Assembly (NCBI RefSeq): GCF_009914755.1
Contig: NC_060928.1
Length of the DNA stretch: 64,000 nucleotides
From: the human T2T-CHM13v2.0 reference genome, Homo sapiens
Direction: 5' to 3' (one strand)
Within the stretch, counting starts at the first letter, position 1; the number at the start of each line of letters is the position of its first letter. Positions 55,295 through 64,000 of the stretch are shown here, piece after piece. The translations under genes were made by a program, and so were the position numbers. The notes under the pieces were generated by a model. The model made no database searches. It was not told where the DNA came from and was given only the letters and a program-made list of their open reading frames with translations.

Positions 55295-55625
55295 CTACAG
55301 AATGAATCTGTGTCCCCTCCAAAATTCCTGTGTGAAATCCTAATACCCAAGGTGATGGTGTTAGGAGGTGGGGCCTCCTTGGGGGTGACTAGGCCATGAA
55401 GGTGGAGCCCTCAGGACTGGGATTACTGCCCCAGAGAGCACTCCCTCACCCCTTCTGCCCTGTGAGGACACAGCGAGAAGGTGCTGGACCTCACCAGACA
55501 CCAGATCTGCCGGCGCCTTGCGCCTGGACTTCCAGCCTGCAGAGCCGTGAGGAATAAACAAACGTCTGTGGTTTATAGGCCCCCAGTGTACGACGTTCTG
55601 TTACAGCAGCACAGACGGACTGGGA
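55295..55625 (+). mobile_element. MaLR LTR (MLT1A-like)
   Basis: tgtgtcccctccaaaattc...gtgatggtgttaggaggtggggcc...ggacttccagcct..aga.c.gtgag.aataaa. Confidence 0.8.
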
Positions 55626-55732
55626 CACGGGGATGCGCACCCACACAGACAACCATGAGCAATTCACCAGGAGTCCACGGAGTGGAGGAGGAGGAAAGGC
55701 GAGTGGCCCAGCCCCACTGTCACCTCCCCCAG

Positions 55733-55965
55733 TGGTGAGCCCACCCGGGGGTCGTCCCCAACAGTGACCTCCCCGAACGTCTAATTCACCCCAAGGGGGT
55801 CCTCCCCCGACAGTGACCTCCCCAAACGTCTAATTCACCCCAGGGGGTCCTCCCTGGACAGTGACCTCCCCGAACGTCTAATTCACCCCAGGGGGTCCTC
55901 CCTCGACAGTGACCTCCCCCAATGGTGAGCCCACCCATGGGGTCCTCCCCAAGAGTGACCTCCCT
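55733..55965. repeat. Minisatellite, ~48-bp unit x~4.5
   Basis: acagtgacctccccgaacgtctaattcaccccagggggtcctccc repeated. Confidence 0.85.
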
Positions 55966-56545
55966 GTATGTTAACAGACAGAAACCACAGAAGTAACACA
56001 GGCTTGTTCCTGCCAAGGGTCAGCCGCAGCTGAGCATGAAGTGGTGTTGGCCTGTCACTCTCCGCCCCAACAGCCTCTACTACCTTATATGCTCAGACAT
56101 CTCCTCCAGGGCACAATGCGCAGAGCAACGGGGGCCAGGACAGGGGCCCTAAGGACACCTCCCTGGGGCTCCCAGCCCCCACTCCACCACTCGACCTCTG
56201 GCAAGCAACTAATCTCTGCAAACGTCACTTTTCTCTTCTGCGAGATGGAAGTAATTATAGTACCCACTTTCCAGGGCTACTGTGAGGACCACACAATCCA
56301 CATAAAGTACTACTGACCATGCTCGGCAAATACGAAGAGCCCCTAAGGGTTGCTGTGGTGGTTCTGACCATTTTTACTTCACGCTGGGAACTAGCCAAAG
56401 TGGACAAATGTTGATGATCAAGCTGTCAACTTGGAAGTGAAGGCGGTTGGTACCAGGAGAGCCGCCAGGGGGCAGCTACTCTGTGGCAGAATCTGGGCCT
56501 CACAGGCCTGATGACCTAGAACCAACTAACCAAGCCCCAGAGACC

Positions 56546-57915
56546 CTGCTTACCTGCGCTCCGCACTGCCCCGCACCCCTCCCCGCTCACCTGCGCTCCG
56601 CACTGCCCCGCAACCCCCCCCACCCCGCTCACCTGCGCTCCGCACTGCCCCGCACCCCTCCCGGCTCACCAGCGCTCCGCACTGCCCCGCACCCCTCCCC
56701 GCTCACCTGCGCTCCGCACTGCCCCGCACCCCTCCCGGCTCACCAGCGCTCCGCACTGCCCCGCACCCCTCCCCGCTCACCTGCGCTCCGCACTGCCCCG
56801 CACCCCTCCCCGCTCACCTGCAGTCCGCACTGCCCCGCACCCCTCCCCGCTCACCTGCAGTCCGCACTGCCCCGCACCCCTCCCCGCTCACCTGCGCTCC
56901 GCACTGCCCCGCACCCCTCCCAGCTCACCTGCGCTCCGCACTGCCCCGCAACCCTCCCCGCTCACCTGCGCTCCGCACTGCCCGGCAACCCTCCCGGCTC
57001 ACCTGCGGTCCGCACTGCCCCGCACCCCTCCCGGCTCACCTGCGGTCCGCACTGCCCCGCACCCCTCCCGGCTCACCTGCGGTCCCCACTGCCTCGCACC
57101 CCTCCCCGCTCACCTGCAGTCCCCACTGCCCCGCACCCCTCCCCGCTCACCTGCAGTCCGCACTGCCCCGCACCCCTCCCGGCTCACCTGCGCTCCGCAC
57201 TGCCCCGCACCCCTCCCGGCTCACCTGCAGTCCGCACTGCCCCGCACCCCTCCCGGCTCACCTGCCCTCCGCACTGCCCCGCACCCCTCCCGGCTCACCT
57301 GCCCTCCGCACTGCCCCGCACCCCTCCCGGCTCACCTGCGCTCCGCACTGCCCCGCACCCCTCCCCGCTCACCTGCAGTCCGCACTGCCCCGCACCCCTC
57401 CCGGCTCACCTGCAGTCCGCACTGCCCCGCACCCCTCCCGGCTCACCTGCAGTCCGCACTGCCTCGCACCCCTCCCCGCTCACCTGCAGTCCGCACTGCC
57501 CCGCACCCCTCCCGGCTCACCTGCAGTCCGCACCCCTCCCCGCTCACCTGCAGTCCGCACTGCCCCGCACCCCTCCCGGCTCACCTGCAGTCCGCACTGC
57601 CCCGCACCCCTCCCGGCTCACCTGCGGTCCGCACTGCCCCGCACCCCTCCCGGCTCACCTGCAGTCCGCACTGCCCCGCACCCCTCCCCGCTCACCTGTA
57701 GTCCGCACTGCCCCGCACCCCTCCCCGCTCACCTGCCCTCCGCACTGCCCCGCACCCCTCCCTGCTTACCTGCGCTCTGCACTGCCCCGCACCCCTCCCT
57801 GCTTACCTGCGCTCTGCACTGCCCCGCACCCCTCCCTGCTTACCTGCGCTCTGCACTGCCCCGCACCCCTCCCTGGGTGAGCGCAGGCCCCGCACCCCTC
57901 CCTGGGTGAGCGCAG
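56546..57915. repeat. Large VNTR, 37-bp unit x~36, C-rich on + and G-rich on the GAK sense strand
   Basis: ctcacctgcgctccgcactgccccgcacccctccccg repeated. Confidence 0.96.
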
Positions 57916-58138
57916 CCACCGCACTTCAGGCTCTGGGTCCAGGAGAGGTACAAAGAAGCAAGGATGACAGAACCCTGGTGGCTAAGAGAACAGCACAGAG
58001 CTGCAGAGGCTGGTGCCCTCAGTCACATGGCCAAGAGAACAGCACGGAGCTTCAGAGGCTGGTGCCCTCAGTCACAAGTCCTATGTGGGAAGAGGGTCGG
58101 CTACAAGGCTGGCTCGCCACAGCAACCTAAGGGTCTAC

Positions 58139-59133
<995 letters not shown>

Positions 59134-59644
59134 AGAACATTCTAAGTAAGTGAAGGGAGGAAGCCTCCAAAAGCCATGTCAAGGAGGAAGAAGGGTGGAG
59201 AGTCAGGACCACACACAAGTGGCCCTGGGGGTGGGAGTAGGCTGTGCCCTCCCCATTCCTTAGGCCAGAGCTTGACCCCCAAGGCTCCTGAGCGGGCCCA
59301 GCCACTCAGCTAACACTGCGCATGGCACACAAGGGCTGCGGGCTGGCTCAAATTACATACAACACCCAACCAAACGCACGAGGCGGGTTACGCTTAAACC
59401 ATACGACGGCTGTGCGGCATCGTTTTCTTTTCTGCCTCAATTTATCTCACTAGCAGTAACCCCGAGTTCAAGTCAGCCACACAGGGAAGGTGGATTTCCC
59501 TGCAGTCAGGGCACCACAGGCTCCACTTCAGAAGCAACGGCACGCAGAACCCAAAACAAAGAACACACAGCATACACCTGCCCTGGGCATCTCTGACATG
59601 GTTGGTGCTCCTGATAATCTGCCTTTTAAAAAAGTGAAGACTAG

Positions 59645-59772
59645 CTAGGTGCAGCAGCACATGCCTGTAAGCCCAGCTACTCGGGAGGCCGAGGCAGGAA
59701 GATCCAGAGCCCAGTTCAAATCCATCCTGAGTAACAGCAAGACCTCGTCTCTTAAATTAAAAAAAAAAAAAA
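59645..59772 (+). mobile_element. Alu monomer (FLAM/FRAM-like)
   Basis: atgcctgtaagcccagctactcgggaggccgaggcagg plus A tail. Confidence 0.8.
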
Positions 59773-62114
59773 GGAAGATGACAGAACAAATTTGAAGAAA
59801 TTAGAAAGCTATCTGGTTCCACAGTTCTACCTAAAAACCCATTCACACCACAAGTCCAAATTCCTAAAAGCTATGAAAACCATTTTTTCCTAACTCACTT
59901 GACAGCAAATCCTGGTCTATCATAATAACCTCATTTGGGATAAAACCTGACATGAACTGATATGGGGTTAATTACAGACTTTAATTATCCCACAGTGAGA
60001 ATATTTATTCATTTAATTACAGAAATATTAATGTATTCAATTACAGAATACTTTCCCAAGTCTTCTGGGAGTATCCCACGATATACAGGTTATATGCTGC
60101 AATGACCATTCTGAAACCTGAAAAATTCTGGAAGTGTAAACATCTGTACTCAAGGGTTCAGATTACCAGCCATCACCATGTTTACACAAGACAGCCTAAA
60201 CTCCCATAGCCTATGTTCTAAGGTTGCTGTCCAGACAAAACTTAATTAAGTATGTTTATATAAAATACTTAATTCAGCTTTCACACTCTGTTTCAGTTCA
60301 AAGAGGCTTCAAAGTACTTAGGAGGCTGCAGGCCACCTATTAAGTTTACAAGGAGGAAATCTACAGCTCCTAATTGCATTGGTTATTTTTATCTCCTGAC
60401 TTGCCTAGATAGCAAAGGGAAACAAGTTCTTTTGCACAACCTCAGCAGCTGCCCACATTTCCTTGTTCTTCTTCCTGGGTGCTAAGTGACCCACAAGCTT
60501 CTTTCTTTATACGAATCTTCCTCTCCGGGCCCCAGTGAGGGTGCATTCTCCATCCCTCCCACCCAGATCCGTGCCATCTTCTGCTTGGCCCCTTCCCAAA
60601 GCTCACACTGTCTGTACCACCCCTAAGGATCTGTCCCTGTGCTGCCTCTGTCTCTCCACCCCTTGAGCACAAGTCTGAAGTTCCAGAAAGCAAGTCCTGT
60701 CCACAATAAACTTCTTAAAGAATGAAGATAACCACCTAGTATTTTCAGAATAAATGATTTGATCTGAGAGAAATCTTCCAACTGATGTGAAAGAATATCA
60801 CACTTCAGCCCCCACTTCTGAAAGAAGAGCTTAGACTTTCTGACCAAATCATACCCAAAATCTGTTTGGTTTTGACCACAATGGAGACAAAGTGTGTGAT
60901 AATGCTACAGTCAAAATGTCTCCGCAGGCCTTTTGTGATAATCAGAATTCTGGGATAGTCTCCTGTCTGGTCACAGAGCAGGCACCTGGACAGGCTAACC
61001 CTCCAGCCCTGAGAGGTACCAGGGAGCTGGTGAGGGTGAGGGCTTTTGTGTCGCTTCACTCCCTCTCCCTGTGCCAATACAGCAGAATAGAGTTACGCTT
61101 CCGCACCCAAGTCAACTGTGTTTAGCCCATAAACTTCACAGCCAGTGAAATATGACACACCTCCAGGCACCACTGGACAAAAAATGTAAGGAAAATCCAC
61201 AAGAGAGAATGGGACCCACTGGCACTGGTGATCGATTCCGTGTGAACGGAGAGGACATCCAGGGAGCTAGAAATAGCATGCAGAGACAAAACTGACTCAA
61301 GACTGACTCAAGAGGACTTAAGCCGAGTGACCTGTCCACTCTGCAAGTTCTATATAGGTCACAACCACTGGCTCTGCTTCCTGTACTACACACGGAATCA
61401 CACGAGTAGATGTTCACCGGGAAGAGAAACACCGAGGTGTTGAAAGACGAAGGGGGATCACGAGACACAGCCCAGTCTACCCTCGGCCAACCCCCCCACC
61501 CCCCAGGCTACAACCGCAACTACCTGCAACACGTGTGCACCCACCAACTCTCAAGTTCCCTGGACTATAGAAGAACCAGCCCTAACCTCCAAAGTCCAGT
61601 CCTGTCCCTGCCTGCTCAATAACCCCAGATGTCCGGCAAAAGGCCAAGGCTTAAACCCACCTCCTGCACCGCTCACCTCCTGACTCCAGCTGTCGGCCTT
61701 CTAGGCACCGTCCCTCAGTCTCCGCTGTGGGTCCCCACCCAAGCTCCCTGCCTGCCACCATCCCCCACCTCACCGTAACATCTTCCCCCACCCACCCTGA
61801 GGGGGTTCCCCAAGCCCCAGGCCTTGCTCCGACTTGACCCTACTCTTATGACAAGAAAGTACCCCGACCCGGTCCCAGCCTCGCCCTCCGCAATCACCGC
61901 CAGCAGGCACTCACCTACGCCCGCGCTATGACCTTCGCCTGGCCCTGACCCACGCCCTCGGCAGAGACCCTCCCCTGGCCGACCCTGACCCACGATCCCG
62001 CTGGGACCCTCCCCAGCCCTAACCCACGCCCTTCCACTCCGGGCTGACGCTGCCCCCAGCGTCCCGGAGACAACACTCCGCGGCCGCACCCGCGCTGCCG
62101 ACCCGGGGCCTCAC

Positions 62115-62259
62115 CTTCGGCCAGGACCCGCCGCACCCGCAGCCGCAGCTCGCCCAGTTCCACCGTCTGCCCCACGAAGTCACTCTGGTCGCGGCCGGAA
62201 GCACCGCCCAGGGAGCCTGGACCCGCCAAGAAGTCGAGCGCCGACTGCAGCAGCGACAT
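62115..62259 (-). CDS. GAK: GAK coding exon 1 (MSLLQSALDF...VRRVLAE-G), 145 nt
   Basis: ATG at 62259 in GCCACCGCCATG context; donor G|GTGAGG. Confidence 0.97.
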
Positions 62260-62336
62260 GGCGGTGGCTGCGCCGCACCCCGCGGCAGCCGGAGTGGTCG
62301 GGCTCGGGCTCCCGCTCCCTCGCCGTCCGGGTCAGC

Positions 62337-62366
62337 TCAGCAACCGCCGGCCCGGAGGTGCACCAT
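62337..62366 (-). other. Candidate uORF (MVHLRAGGC*) in the GAK 5' leader
   Basis: AAGATGG strong Kozak context at 62366, TGA at 62339-62337, ending 78 nt upstream of the main ATG. Confidence 0.5.
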
Positions 62367-62531
62367 CTTCCGCCTCGACGCCGTGACGTAGGCGCCCGTG
62401 AGGACGCGTCGCGTCAGGCGGCGACCCGGCCTAGCCCCGTCCCCTCCGCCGCGGCCTCACTTCCTGGCTGCGCGCGCAGGCGCGGAGGTCTGACGGAGAC
62501 AGCGCGTGCGCGGCGTCGCCGGGCTTGCGAT

Positions 62532-62612
62532 GAACTTCCGGCTGTCAAGCTCCCGGCCGGGCTGACTCAAGCGGAGGCGCGCGGAACAGTCGCCGAGGCG
62601 ATTCCCGCCCAG
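62532..62612 (+). other. TMEM175: Probable non-coding exon 1 of TMEM175 (start approximate)
   Basis: Donor CAG|GTAGTT at 62612/62613 in the CpG island, divergent from GAK. Identity rests on the known GAK/TMEM175 head-to-head arrangement; no TMEM175 coding sequence is in the window. Confidence 0.7.
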
Positions 62613-63296
62613 GTAGTTCAGCGCCCCAGTCCAGCTCCCGGTACCGTTCCCCACATGGTCTGTTTTGTGGGAGGCTCCTTCTCAGGTGTCTCCGGTTTAA
62701 GCGCTTCGCCATCCTCTGGGTGGAGTCAGCCTCCCGTTTGCTGTTAGCGCCGCGTTTGCGAATGGGTTCGCGAATTTTTCTCTCAGTTGGCTAAGGAGCA
62801 AGGAGTTAGCGTGCGTTAAGCTTTCAGTAAATACTTGGTTTTCGTCTCATGGAGGTCGGAGTTTCCTGTGACGCTTAGTGAGTAAGGTTGGCAGCCCCCT
62901 CCCAGCAGCCAGGCAGGCAGTTTGCAGGGGAAACGCTGCTGCATTGCTCTGTCTTCCGAGGAGAGGGCCAGGGTCTGGCCTGGGGCAGTGACCAGTAGTG
63001 GGAGCCGTGGGCTAGAAAAACCTTCGTCCTGGGCAACCACAACACTGCAGAGACTGCCCTGTGACCCTCAAGGTTCGTTCTCACCCTGACATTTTCCAAG
63101 GCAAAAGCAAATCCTCATGAACCACTTGGAAGGGTTCGTAATGCCCAACTATTTGGAGATGAAATGGTGACTTTCCTTATAGGATAATAAGGAAATGGCT
63201 CACAGACAATGCATTTTTAGTTTTTGGCCCACACAGTATTTGGGGGTTGGGAGTGGGTAGCAGGAGGTGAATTAGTTGCTATCATTTAAAGACTGA

Positions 63297-63575
63297 TGCC
63301 AGGCGCGGTGGCTTACACCTGTAATCCCAGTGCTTTGGGAGGCCGAGGCAGGCGGATCACCTGAGGTCAGGAGTTCCAGACCAGCCTGGTCAACATGGTG
63401 AAACCCCGTCTCTACTAAAAATACAAAAATTAGCCGAGCGTGGTGGCGGGTGCCTGTAATCCCAGCTACTCGGGAGGCTGAGGCAGGAGAATCGCTTGAA
63501 CCCGGGAGGCGGGCGCCACTGTACCCTAGCCTGAGACTCCGCCTCAAAAAATAAATAATAATAATAATAATAATT
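63297..63575 (+). mobile_element. Alu with (AAT)n tail (probable TMEM175 intron 1)
   Basis: gccaggcgcggtggcttacacctgtaatccc..., with a deletion in the right arm. Confidence 0.92.
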
Positions 63576-64000
63576 GAAAGGCCTAAATGTTAAAAACCTA
63601 GTTTTCCAGCTTCTGTGGAAAAATCAAACCTGTCAATATTGGACCCAAAATGATGTGTGTTACCAATTACCTAGAGTGGTCCCTTGAGGTAAGACACAGT
63701 CATTTGCCTGACCAGATGGGCTCATGTATGTTACCTGCCTGGTTCCTATAGTCATTTAAGGTTGCAACCCCTTCAACAGAGTTATTTGTTCTCCAACTCA
63801 AAAATGGATTCTAAAGCTCACATCAGCCTCTTAGCCGTCCCAGAAGCTAACATCTGTTATCTTTATCATTAAAAGATAATAGCCTCAGCTCGTTGGAACA
63901 CTTATCTATGTTATGGAATGAAGTATTGCATGAAGCCAAATGACATCTTTAAAAATATATATAACAAAAATAACAGTAGCAATAGCTTAGTTTAGGCACT

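Larger units (their letters stand above)
61880..62790. promoter_or_regulatory. CpG island / bidirectional promoter GAK(-) and TMEM175(+)
   Basis: Very high CpG density. YY1-like CCATCTT at 62363, CRE-like TGACGTA near 62384, ETS/GABP CTTCCT/CTTCCG near 62460 and 62535, NRF1-type GCGCGTGCGC at 62502, AP-1 TGACTCA at 62563. No TATA box seen. Confidence 0.9.

Noticed and set aside
56447-57880. 477-aa Pro-rich + strand ORF
   Set aside because: It comes from the 37-bp C-rich repeat cycling through frames, and there is no promoter or splice evidence on the + strand.
59780-60400. AT-rich island, possibly a DNA-transposon (MER) remnant or enhancer
   Set aside because: I could not identify terminal inverted repeats or a family by eye; it needs a Dfam search.
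62358-62747. 129-aa + strand ORF in the CpG island as a possible TMEM175 CDS
   Set aside because: It starts at GTG rather than ATG, runs through the presumed donor, and has no transmembrane character; it is a chance GC-rich ORF.

Overview
Human (primate) genomic DNA: GC-rich, Alu-dense and unusually rich in minisatellites. It holds the 5' two-thirds of GAK (cyclin G-associated kinase / auxilin-2) on the minus strand. Coding exons 1-19 were located by hand; all have GT-AG boundaries, phases are consistent, and they total 2248 coding nt (749 codons + 1 nt), covering the NAK-family kinase domain and the PTEN-like phosphatase/C2 domain. GAK continues beyond the left edge. At the right end a CpG-island bidirectional promoter is shared head-to-head with what is very likely non-coding exon 1 of TMEM175 (the 4p16.3 GAK/TMEM175 locus, identified from recalled knowledge). 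Introns contain Alus, old L1 fragments, MaLR/ERV1 solo LTRs and about 20 tandem repeats. The most striking observation is that several VNTRs are built from GAK splice signals. (i) Five copies of the exon 5 end form AG/GT-flanked, in-frame 30-nt cassettes encoding the catalytic loop (EPPIIHRD[L/H]K). (ii) A 30-bp array repeats the exon 8 acceptor, including a decoy that leads to a stop codon. (iii) A frame-preserving array extends exon 9 into a Ser-Pro-rich tail. (iv) An intron 1 array carries about 35 strong CAG|GTGAGC donor motifs. Functional use of these sites is inference. Almost all listed six-frame ORFs are spurious (GC-rich or repeat-derived).
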